This document shows positions 27,727 to 36,452 of a DNA stretch of 51,526 nucleotides, piece by piece (position 1 is the stretch's first letter; every line of letters starts with the position of its first letter). A program made the translations under genes and the position numbers. Source of the stretch: Candidatus Woesearchaeota archaeon. Lineage in GTDB: Archaea > Nanobdellota > Nanobdellia > Pacearchaeales > GW2011-AR1. The stretch is taken from NCBI GenBank assembly GCA_964408125.1, contig CAYOYC010000001.1, forward strand, positions 1 through 51,526, read 5' to 3'. Under the pieces are notes generated by a model. It saw nothing but the letters and a program-made list of their open reading frames with translations. It had not been told where the DNA came from and ran no database searches.

Positions 27727-28897
27727 CAAAAATAAAATTTACTACTGGATTGCGTTGGTTTTAGTTTTAGGGGTATCTCTCATTGCTCTATTTGGGAATC
27801 CTTTATCTAAAACTCCTGGAATGTATCAGATAACTTCTGCGCAGGCACAATATATTGGAGCTTCGGCTAACGTTCAGTGGCAGAATGCGATGGCTTGGAC
27901 GAGAAATAATACTGGTAAAGACGATATTTTTGTTCATTGGTGGGATTATGGTTATTTTGTGCAAACGCTTGGCGAGAGGCCTAGTGTGACGGATGGAGGG
28001 CATGCTGGCGGACAGGATGGAAATCATTATATCGGAAGATATATCTTAACTACTCCGAATCCAAAGACAGCTCTTAGTTATATGAAAACATGGAACGTTT
28101 CTTACTTATTGATTGATCCAACTGAAATGGGCAAATATGGTGCATTTTCTAAGATTGGAAGTAATGACTCTTGGGATCGAATTTCTGCTGGAATATTTGG
28201 TGGAGAATCTGATGAGGCGCAAATACAGGAAACTGCAAATGGATTGACTCGAATTTATCAACTAGGCGGATGTGTTGATGAAGATATCTCATATATTGAT
28301 AATAATAGTAAAGTATTTTTGCCTGGAATTACCATAAGCCGAACACAACAAATGCAATGTAATTCTTATGTAATTGGAGTAATTGTTGAATTTAAAGATA
28401 AAAATGGACAAACTAGTATTGAACAGCCCATGGGTGTGTATTATTATAACAATAAACAATATAGAATACCAATAAAGAATGTTTTCTATAATGGACAAAT
28501 GATTAGTTTTGAAAAAGGAATTGATTCGGTAGTTTATTTGATTCCAAAAGTAGATGATAAGAGTGGAAAAATTGATCTTGTTGGAGCGATGATATATCTT
28601 TCTCCAAGAACGTTTAATAGCTTAATGGGAAGACTTTACATCTTGGGAGATTATTATAACGAATATCCAACACTAAAAGAAGCAATATTTGAAGATGATC
28701 CGGTTGTTAGTTATTTTAAGCAATTTGCTGGAGGAGTATTGAATGAATTTGTTTGGTATGGTGGAATAAGAGCTCCGTTGAAAATTTGGGAGGTAAATTA
28801 TCCAGAGGGAACGCCAGTGCATCGGGAGTTTGTTTTTGGACGTTCTGAGGGGGTTATTTTTGGAGGGCTAGATCATTTATTTAAGGAAGATGGATAA
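27719..28897 (+). CDS. aglB: oligosaccharyltransferase AglB/STT3, last TM plus WWDYG C-terminal domain (split gene, part 2)
   Basis: One TM, then IFVHWWDYGYFVQTLGERP. GGAGGT SD lies 5 nt before the ATG, which overlaps the part 1 stop (ATGAATAA). Confidence 0.75.
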   Translation: MNNKNKIYYWIALVLVLGVSLIALFGNPLSKTPGMYQITSAQAQYIGASANVQWQNAMAWTRNNTGKDDIFVHWWDYGYFVQTLGERPSVTDGGHAGGQDGNHYIGRYILTTPNPKTALSYMKTWNVSYLLIDPTEMGKYGAFSKIGSNDSWDRISAGIFGGESDEAQIQETANGLTRIYQLGGCVDEDISYIDNNSKVFLPGITISRTQQMQCNSYVIGVIVEFKDKNGQTSIEQPMGVYYYNNKQYRIPIKNVFYNGQMISFEKGIDSVVYLIPKVDDKSGKIDLVGAMIYLSPRTFNSLMGRLYILGDYYNEYPTLKEAIFEDDPVVSYFKQFAGGVLNEFVWYGGIRAPLKIWEVNYPEGTPVHREFVFGRSEGVIFGGLDHLFKEDG

Positions 28898-29825
28898 AAC
28901 CCATATCTCTCTTTGTTGGGAAGATAAAGATGGTAATTATTCCAAATTCCCCGCCACAACCATTCTTTCTATCTTACAAAACAATAATAATATATTTTTG
29001 CACTTAATTACGCCGGGGATATCATCTGAAAATGAATTTAAAATAAAAAAAATTATAAAAAAAAATAATACCTCTTTTAAATTTTATAAATCTTTTAATT
29101 CAGAACAAAAAAAACTACTAAATATTATCAAAGAAAATAATAAATCCTCTTTTGGAATCGGTGCGTATCTTAGGCTTTTAATTCCCACTCTCGTTTCTAA
29201 AAAAATAAAAAAGATAATTTATATTGATTCAGACATTATAGTAAACGGCAATATAAATGGACTATGGAAAATAGATTTATTGGATAATTTTATTGCGGGA
29301 GTTAATCACGAAAATCATCCTAAAATTAAAATTTGGAAATTAAAACAATATATAAATTCTGGAGTTATGCTTATCAATTTAAAAGAAATTAGAAAAATTA
29401 ATTTAAGTAACTTTGTTCAAAAAACAATAAAAAGACATTCCAATGATTTTTATTTTACTGGTCTAAATTCATGTGCTGACCAAGACATACTCAATTTGAT
29501 GTTTAATGGCAAGATAGCTCTTTTACCTGAAACTTATAATTTTCAAGTTAGAAGAACATATCGAGAAGGGCAAATTATTTACCACTATGGCTGGCTATAC
29601 AAACCGTTCAGATTTAAACCCGTTTTCATAGACAAAGAATATAAAGACTTATATTTCCACTATTTTGACAAAACACCTTGGGCCGGATGGAGACCTAAAT
29701 GGAATTTCAAAAAAGGATTGATGACTAGCAGTGTATACTCTTTTTCTATAAAAATATTAAAAATTACGAAATTAGAATATCTCATAAAAAGGTTATTGAA
29801 TAAAAAAATAAAAAAAAGAATTTAG
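28890..29825 (+). CDS. GT8-family glycosyltransferase
   Basis: YLRLLIP, IIYIDSDIIV (DxD), INSGVMLINL, DQDILN. Confidence 0.8.
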   Translation: MDKTHISLCWEDKDGNYSKFPATTILSILQNNNNIFLHLITPGISSENEFKIKKIIKKNNTSFKFYKSFNSEQKKLLNIIKENNKSSFGIGAYLRLLIPTLVSKKIKKIIYIDSDIIVNGNINGLWKIDLLDNFIAGVNHENHPKIKIWKLKQYINSGVMLINLKEIRKINLSNFVQKTIKRHSNDFYFTGLNSCADQDILNLMFNGKIALLPETYNFQVRRTYREGQIIYHYGWLYKPFRFKPVFIDKEYKDLYFHYFDKTPWAGWRPKWNFKKGLMTSSVYSFSIKILKITKLEYLIKRLLNKKIKKRI

Positions 29826-30814
29826 AATTCCTCGGATTTTTCCGAAATTTTTTTTATATAAAAACTACTAGACAGTTTTCTTTCCAATTCTCTTGTAAAC
29901 ATCTTGGAATATTTTTTATACCACTTCTTTAAATTTTCTTCACTAATTTCAGAAATATTATTGATAATAACAACCGGAAATTTCCTATGTAAACCATCCA
30001 TGGCATTATTTACTGTTTCAATTATTGGAATTTGGCCGAGTAATAAGGTTTCCCACGTTCTGTGACAATCTAGACCTGCTCCAACTGGTGAAAACCCGAA
30101 GGCATATTTTGCCTGCTCTTTCCACATTTTGCATCTTGGAAGTTTTTCTTTCTGGAAATAAATTAAAGGATTATTAAGTAATTTTATATAAAGATCAGAC
30201 CTTCTCTTAGATGTTCTATTTAAATGAAAATTGGCAAATATCTTCATATTTTTACCCAAAACTTCTTTGATATTTATAATTTCTCTCTCTTGCCTTTCTG
30301 GACTTTTTATATTTTCACCAAAAAACTGAGAAGTGAAAAGAAAGTGATAATCAATTCCAATTGGTATTGTGGTAATTTTATTGCTTTCTAAATCATTATT
30401 CTGTGCAAACCAATGATATAAATATTTATTATTTAACAATTTTCTATATTTTGAAGTTGAAAAATCTGAATCTCCGGTTATTAAAACAAACTTCCAACTT
30501 ATCTTAGGGAGGAATTTCTCTATGAAATAATCCATAAAATCCAAGCTAACGTAAATTGTTTTTGGTTTTGTTTTTACTATATTTTTATAAGACAGGTATG
30601 CTAGTGGCTTTCCCAATACTGATCTAAAAAATATCTGCTTTGGATAATATATTGGGTAAACATCACAAGACATTGCTATTTTTTTATTCCAAATAAATTC
30701 TATATTTTTTATATATTTTTTCTTATCTTTTTCTAAGAATGTAAAATAGAAAAATGATGGCAACGCCTTTGCCCTTAGCCAAATTTGGGAAAATTTCATT
30801 TGAAGATAACCCAA
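29822..30814 (-). CDS. putative glycosyltransferase (exostosin/GT47-like C-terminal motif)
   Basis: FGFSPVGAGLDCHRTWETLLLGQIPII resembles the GT47 C-terminal signature. Its position inside the glycan island supports the call. Family assignment is uncertain. Confidence 0.4.
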   Translation of the reverse strand: MGYLQMKFSQIWLRAKALPSFFYFTFLEKDKKKYIKNIEFIWNKKIAMSCDVYPIYYPKQIFFRSVLGKPLAYLSYKNIVKTKPKTIYVSLDFMDYFIEKFLPKISWKFVLITGDSDFSTSKYRKLLNNKYLYHWFAQNNDLESNKITTIPIGIDYHFLFTSQFFGENIKSPERQEREIINIKEVLGKNMKIFANFHLNRTSKRRSDLYIKLLNNPLIYFQKEKLPRCKMWKEQAKYAFGFSPVGAGLDCHRTWETLLLGQIPIIETVNNAMDGLHRKFPVVIINNISEISEENLKKWYKKYSKMFTRELERKLSSSFYIKKISEKSEEF

Positions 30815-31410
30815 TCGTTCCCTAGTCCAAAAATAATATTTTTTATTATTTTATTTGAGAATTTATCCACTGCTCTCTTAACGTCTGGATAACCAGAACC
30901 ATAATCATGCCCGGAGATTATTCCACCATTATTAACTAAGGGGTAATATTCTCTTATGTCTTCATCTATATATGGGGAGAAATGATTACCATCTATATAT
31001 AAGAAATCCACTTTTTCCCTAATGTCTTTTATGGCCTCTTTTGAAAATTTCTCTATCCAAACTATCTTGTGTTTGAATGGTTCTAGTAGTTTGTGCGCAC
31101 TTATTTTTGCACTTTCTACGCTAGAACAATAAATATCTTTCTTATATTCTTCATATTTTTCATATGGGTCAATTAAATATATTTTTTATATATTTAAATT
31201 TTTTAAAATCTGATATGTGTGCTCTCCTTTGAAAACACCTATCTCACATGCAATTATTTCTTTGTCAATAAAAAGTTTTTCTGCCTCGATTACTGCTTGT
31301 CTTTTTTTTAGTTCGCTTAATTTTCTTAAAGAAATTCCAAAAAAACCAGAAGAGAGTGTTAGGTGAAAACCAATTAAATGAAAAGGGTAGTTTATTATTC
31401 TTTTTAGCAT
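30796..31410 (-). pseudogene. class I SAM-dependent methyltransferase (Methyltransf_24/TylF-like) interrupted by one in-frame TAA
   Basis: Track ORFs 31186..31410 and 30796..31011 and the stretch between them are all in one frame: ...EIGVFKGEHTYQILKNLNI*KIYLIDPYEKY...REKVDFLYIDGNHFSPY...GGIISGHDY. The only disruption is TAA at 31186-31188. Confidence 0.7.
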
Positions 31411-31440
31411 ATATCCTAGATTATTTGTTTATTTAAATAG

Positions 31441-32439
31441 TTAACGCATAACATCTTTTAAAAAAATTTTTAATTCTTCTTCTTTGGATCTTATTTTTCT
31501 TCTATTTTTAGATGTCATACATTCGCGATTCACAAATTCTAAATATTTTTTATCATCCTTATCTAATTCTATTATTTTTTGAATCATTTTAACATATGAA
31601 TTTTTGAAGTCCTCAAAGTTAATGAATGAACTAGTATTAAAATATTCTTTTAGATTTGGCGCTCCACGATAAATCGGAATTGCCCCACCTAGCATTACAT
31701 TTGGTAATTTTTCTGTTATATACTCATTTTCAAAAGAATTTTCAAAACAAATCACAAATTTATACTGCGAGTAAAATTTCGGATTGTCTGCCCAAGTCTT
31801 TGGCAGTTTTGAATTGTCTGCATTAGCTAGATTTGTTTTCCCATAAATATCTACTTTTTTATATCCTGAGAGTTTTTTTGCAAAATCTATTCTATCAAAT
31901 GCTGATTCATTAGATATAATTATACAACAAAATTTATTTGGCACTCTTGATATTTTCTTCTTATTAAACAATTTGTTTATATTATCTAGAATATACTTAA
32001 CCTGTAAAAAATATGGAAGATTTAGGATATTTTTGCCCTTTATATCATTGCTAATAATGGCATATTCTCCTTGTGGGGGGTTTTTAGCAATATGTTTTAT
32101 GCGATTTAAATAGTCCCTCCTCATGTTCCCTAATTTTATATCCAATAGCTTTCTTGGTAAAATTTTATTTAATATGCTGAAATTTATCTTAGTTCTTTTT
32201 GTGATATATTCTAAAACCTTAAATAAATTGACCTTGTAGTATAAATTTTCACCAGAAACCAATATTTTCTTGGGTGAATTTTTGTATTCTTTTGATAGTT
32301 TTTTATGCACATACTCAATTACTAAATTGGGGTTATTTTTTGCTTCTATAAAATCTTTTGAGAGATATTTTGCAATAAAACTATTATTTAGGGGTTGCAA
32401 ATTATACGGATTTGAATAATAGATTTTTAGTGAACTCAT
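31441..32439 (-). CDS. GT10-family alpha-1,3/4-fucosyltransferase
   Basis: YKFVICFENSFENEYITEKLPNVMLGGAIPIYRGAPNLKEYFNTSSFINFEDFKN closely parallels the Helicobacter FutA-type motif YKFxLCFEN...YVTEK...IPIYWG...DFN..SF.N..DFKN. Confidence 0.85.
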   Translation of the reverse strand: MSSLKIYYSNPYNLQPLNNSFIAKYLSKDFIEAKNNPNLVIEYVHKKLSKEYKNSPKKILVSGENLYYKVNLFKVLEYITKRTKINFSILNKILPRKLLDIKLGNMRRDYLNRIKHIAKNPPQGEYAIISNDIKGKNILNLPYFLQVKYILDNINKLFNKKKISRVPNKFCCIIISNESAFDRIDFAKKLSGYKKVDIYGKTNLANADNSKLPKTWADNPKFYSQYKFVICFENSFENEYITEKLPNVMLGGAIPIYRGAPNLKEYFNTSSFINFEDFKNSYVKMIQKIIELDKDDKKYLEFVNRECMTSKNRRKIRSKEEELKIFLKDVMR

Positions 32440-32460
32440 TATATTCTAAATAGGGAAGGG

Positions 32461-32468
32461 TTTTTAAA
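32461..32468. promoter_or_regulatory. single symmetric TATA box (gggTTTTTAAAtc) shared by two divergent genes
   Basis: Box centre about 32465 is 26 nt from the minus-strand ATG at 32439 and 25 nt from the plus-strand ATG at 32490. The intergenic spacer is only 50 nt. Confidence 0.45.
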
Positions 32469-32489
32469 TCTTAAATAATAAAAAATATA

Positions 32490-33146
32490 ATGGAATATGA
32501 CGCAAAATATCACAAGGGGGTTCATTCTAATATCATATTTGATAGTGAATTATACAAACTAAAGGGATTGGTTTACTTTAGAAAAAATTTAAAAAACATA
32601 AAATGTTTAGATAAAAAAACAATTGTAGAGTATGGCTGTGGAATGGGACAAAACATTTACCCAATAAGAAAGTTAACTGCCTGGGGCTATGATATATCTA
32701 ACTATGCTTTAAACTTCTGCAAGAATCTTGGAATAAATATAATCTCTGACAAAAAAATAATACCCGCATCAGACATAGTCTTATGCAATCACGTATTGGA
32801 ACACCTAGAGTGCCCACTGGAGCACCTTAAATTCATTAAGAGTAAATTAAAAAAAGACGGGATAATTGTGTTGGTGCTTCCAAAAGAAAAACACGAAAAA
32901 ACAAATTTAAAGCCAGATAAGATTAATTATCATCTCTATTCCTGGAATTTTAGAACAATAAATAATCTTCTAGATGTGGCTGGATTTAAAGTTATTGATA
33001 ATAGCGAGTTTGGAGAGGTGGGTTATAACAGGTTAAGATTCTTGGCGAAAATAAACTTTGAAGTTTATTTTCAAATGATAAAATTTTTAGGTTTTTTTGT
33101 AGATAAAAAGGAAATTAGGGTTATAGCAACTCCGAAGAATGACTAA
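32490..33146 (+). CDS. class I SAM-dependent methyltransferase
   Basis: VEYGCGMGQN (motif I), DIVLCNHVLEHLECP, DGIIVLVLP. Confidence 0.8.
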   Translation: MEYDAKYHKGVHSNIIFDSELYKLKGLVYFRKNLKNIKCLDKKTIVEYGCGMGQNIYPIRKLTAWGYDISNYALNFCKNLGINIISDKKIIPASDIVLCNHVLEHLECPLEHLKFIKSKLKKDGIIVLVLPKEKHEKTNLKPDKINYHLYSWNFRTINNLLDVAGFKVIDNSEFGEVGYNRLRFLAKINFEVYFQMIKFLGFFVDKKEIRVIATPKND

Positions 33147-33153
33147 AAAAGTT

Positions 33154-33858
33154 TTATTTTTTAGCTATAACTAAAAAATTTTCCACATATAGATTCTTGG
33201 TTTTAAATTTTGAGAATATCAACCCTAAAATATTTAGCAGAAATATTATTGGGAAAAATAGGAATCTGATAACCTTTGGCAATTTTTCTCCCAATTCGTT
33301 TAAAAAAAATTGTCCAAACAAAAAAAAGATAGAATAGTTACCCATTATTTTTTCCGAACGCAATATTTTAAAGCCCTTACTCTCAAACAGATTCTTTGCA
33401 CCGTTTGGAGTAAATCTTCTAAAATCGTTTGGTAACTCATGCAATGGCCAAATAAAGGGAAATGAGATGAGTACTTTCCCCTTGGGCCTTAAAACTCTTT
33501 TAATCTCTAAAATAAGCAGATCCAAATCCCTCACGTGTTCTATAACTTGGAAAAGAACAATTGTATCAAAAGAGCTATCTTTAAGGGGGATGTTAATCCC
33601 ATCAAAAAATAAATCAATTTGTTCATTTAGGTGATTATGCCCGGGGTTTTCTATATCAATTCCTACATATCTATCTACTTTACCAAATAATTCTCTGTAC
33701 GGTTTTCTCCCACACCCAATATCTAAAACATCCCCCACCACAAGGCCTTTATATTTTTTAACTTTTTTTAAGAGCTCCCTTCTATCTAAATAGTTTTTTT
33801 TAAAAACAAGAGAAACAAGTCCTGGATAAAATTCTTCACGTGCTAAATACTTTTTCAT
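33154..33858 (-). CDS. class I SAM-dependent methyltransferase with C-terminal TM segments
   Basis: VLDIGCGRKPY, FDTIVLFQVIEHV, PKGKVLISFP; hydrophobic tail. Confidence 0.8.
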   Translation of the reverse strand: MKKYLAREEFYPGLVSLVFKKNYLDRRELLKKVKKYKGLVVGDVLDIGCGRKPYRELFGKVDRYVGIDIENPGHNHLNEQIDLFFDGINIPLKDSSFDTIVLFQVIEHVRDLDLLILEIKRVLRPKGKVLISFPFIWPLHELPNDFRRFTPNGAKNLFESKGFKILRSEKIMGNYSIFFLFGQFFLNELGEKLPKVIRFLFFPIIFLLNILGLIFSKFKTKNLYVENFLVIAKK

Positions 33859-34754
33859 TTTTCCATTCTTATGAGTTTTATTATTTTTAGTCTATATATA
33901 AAAAATCTTGCTAATTTAAACAAAAATCCCATAATGTTTTTATTTTTATACAAAAAACCATTATCTATTTTTTTTCTTATAACCACATAATTCTTTTTGT
34001 CTGGGAAAACATACTTATAATCCCAGGGTTTAATTTTACCCACATAATGAATAATTTTTGGTTTTTCTATTAGTTCTTCATACTCCTCTTTTGACAAATT
34101 CATTTCTTTCCCTCTTAAATCATAAATTGTTCTCTGTCTGTTCCAGTTTAAAGGCAATTTATTCCAATCTTTGCTAAAAACATCATTCAATAGCTCTTGG
34201 TCTCCCAAAGTTAGATTTGTTCCCTTAATCGCCAAATAATCTTCTACCTTTTTGGAATAATCAAGAAGATTCCATCTACCACAATCTATCAATAATACTC
34301 CTGCATTAAAATCTCTTTTTTTTTGTAGATACTTAATCTGATAATCATATACTGCTCCGATTGCTTTTTTGTTTAGGTTTTCTGAAAAAATCTCTAATAT
34401 GTCTCCTTCTACCACCAAATCACAGTCTAAATACAAAACTTTCTTTCTTTTTTCTAATAAAGGTATCTCTAGTCTATAGTAAGTAGCCTCGCTAACATGT
34501 CCCCAAAGCTTGGCATTGGAATACTTCTTTCTATTTGGCTTAATAAATTTTAGTTCGGCCTTGTTTTTTTTAATAAATTTCATTAATCTTTCCTTGTTTT
34601 TTTCACTAATTCCGCCATCAAAAATAAAAAAGGCAATTTTGCTATTATCTGAGCAATTTTCAATTATGGAATAAATGGTTACAAATAAGTGTATAAAATA
34701 ATTATTATCTGAAGATAAAAAAATCTTATACCTATCAAAAGCTTCCTTTTTCAT
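33855..34754 (-). CDS. GT8-family glycosyltransferase
   Basis: ATYYRLEIP, VLYLDCDLVV (DxD), FNAGVLLIDC, GDQELLN. Confidence 0.8.
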   Translation of the reverse strand: MKKEAFDRYKIFLSSDNNYFIHLFVTIYSIIENCSDNSKIAFFIFDGGISEKNKERLMKFIKKNKAELKFIKPNRKKYSNAKLWGHVSEATYYRLEIPLLEKRKKVLYLDCDLVVEGDILEIFSENLNKKAIGAVYDYQIKYLQKKRDFNAGVLLIDCGRWNLLDYSKKVEDYLAIKGTNLTLGDQELLNDVFSKDWNKLPLNWNRQRTIYDLRGKEMNLSKEEYEELIEKPKIIHYVGKIKPWDYKYVFPDKKNYVVIRKKIDNGFLYKNKNIMGFLFKLARFFIYRLKIIKLIRMEK

Positions 34755-34795
34755 CCTTCCAAAAACTCTATAAACTATTTAAAACTAATTGTTTT

Positions 34796-35806
34796 ATGCA
34801 AAAACCAAAAATAAGCATTATTATGCCCGTTTATAATTCTGAAGCATATATGGAGAAATCAATTAACTCTATTCTAAATCAAACATTAAAAGAACTAGAA
34901 CTTATATGTATAAATGATACGTCAAAAGACAATTCCTTAAAAGTCTTGCAAAAAATAAGTAAAAAAGACAAACGTCTTATAATACTAGACAATCAAAAAA
35001 ATTTAGGACCAGGAGGATCTAGAAATATGGCCATCTTAATAGCAAAGGGAGAATTTGTTATGTTTGTTGACTCTGATGATTGGCTAGAGACAGATGCCTG
35101 TGAAAAATTATATAATTTGGCAACTTCTGAAAAATCTGATTTTGTTTATATTAGACCAAAAATTATCTATGAAAACAAGACCATCTTGGATAAAAGATTG
35201 TTTAGAGGAGACGAAATAAAAAACAAAGAAACCGTATTTAAGAAAAGCCTAAGAAGAAAAATCGCATGGGCACCATGGACAAAGATGATAAAAAGAAACC
35301 TAATCACAAAAAACAATATTCTCTTCCCTCAAATACATATTGCGGAAGACATGGTTTTCTCTGTAAAGGTATTACACTTTGCAAAAAGGATATCTGAATG
35401 TAGGGAGTATCTTTACAATTATTTAATGAGAGAAGGATCTTTAATGTCTTATAAAAATTCTCAAAGAAGAATAGAAAACTATCTAGAGAGTATTAAATTG
35501 ATAAGAGATTTTATGAATAAAAACAATATTTTCCAAAAATATCAAAAAGATTTTATCTACTTCAAGTTTTATACCTATTTGGCTATTTATGGGGTTATGC
35601 ATCATACAAAAGAAAAAATAGACAAAAGAAAATATGGACAAATTATAGAAAACGACACAGATTTTAGGATGGTAAAGATACTGAGTTTGGGCACAATCGA
35701 TTCTGTTATATTAGGTATAATTTTGATCAAATTACATCTGTTTAATGGCGTCTTTTTTATAAGAGAAAAAATTAGGCAATTTAAAAAAATTGGAAGAAAG
35801 AGATAG
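34796..35806 (+). CDS. GT2-family glycosyltransferase
   Basis: ISIIMPVYNSEAYMEKSINSILNQT, INDTSKDNS, FVDSDDW. Confidence 0.85.
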   Translation: MQKPKISIIMPVYNSEAYMEKSINSILNQTLKELELICINDTSKDNSLKVLQKISKKDKRLIILDNQKNLGPGGSRNMAILIAKGEFVMFVDSDDWLETDACEKLYNLATSEKSDFVYIRPKIIYENKTILDKRLFRGDEIKNKETVFKKSLRRKIAWAPWTKMIKRNLITKNNILFPQIHIAEDMVFSVKVLHFAKRISECREYLYNYLMREGSLMSYKNSQRRIENYLESIKLIRDFMNKNNIFQKYQKDFIYFKFYTYLAIYGVMHHTKEKIDKRKYGQIIENDTDFRMVKILSLGTIDSVILGIILIKLHLFNGVFFIREKIRQFKKIGRKR

Positions 35807-35866
35807 TCTTTCACCACTTAAAAATTAAAATAAGCCTTTAAATATATTAGAAAATAAATTTATTTA

Positions 35867-36445
35867 ATGAACTACAAAGTATTTGTATTATTTGCCCTTG
35901 GATTTTTAATATATTCTGGCTTTATTTCTGCTGATACAAATGGAACTTTTATTGGAAATGGCACAGCCACCTTGGTTAATACTACTGCGGAATTTGATGT
36001 AGTGGCTAATGTTTCTGCTACGCAATGGTGGGCAGAAGTTTCGTTAAATACTAGTGAAATTGATTTTGGATATATTGAAATAAACAATTTTTCCAGAAAA
36101 TCTTATCAAATAGCTGCGAGGGGGAATGTTGATATAAAAGTTGTTCCTACTCTTCTTGATCATACGGATGCTATCTTCTCAAATCTATACTTTTCCAGAA
36201 CAACCACTGGGTGGAAAAAAATAGGAAACGAGGATTTGGGGCTTATATTTAATCTCACCCAAAACAAGGGGTTGTGGACCGTTCTCGGTGCATCTGATGC
36301 CATGAAAAACCTAAGCGCTAGTGATAAGGGGGTTCAAAACATTCAATTAGACTTAGCAGGCTTTAATGAAATAATACCGTTTGATCAAGAATATAGAAAT
36401 ACGGTAAAGTTTGTAATTTTGCCAAACTGGGCAAGCGTTAATTAG
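35867..36445 (+). CDS. secreted beta-rich protein, dense in N-glycosylation sequons
   Basis: Signal-peptide-like N-terminus. 8 N-x-S/T sequons in 192 aa (NGT, NGT, NTT, NVS, NTS, NFS, NLT, NLS). Confidence 0.6.
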   Translation: MNYKVFVLFALGFLIYSGFISADTNGTFIGNGTATLVNTTAEFDVVANVSATQWWAEVSLNTSEIDFGYIEINNFSRKSYQIAARGNVDIKVVPTLLDHTDAIFSNLYFSRTTTGWKKIGNEDLGLIFNLTQNKGLWTVLGASDAMKNLSASDKGVQNIQLDLAGFNEIIPFDQEYRNTVKFVILPNWASVN

Positions 36446-36452
36446 TTTTAAT

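Noticed and set aside
31186-31188. The in-frame TAA in the methyltransferase as evidence of stop-codon reassignment.
   Set aside because: TAA terminates most well-supported genes in this window, including ribosomal proteins, at positions that match expected protein ends. Genome-wide recoding is therefore implausible.
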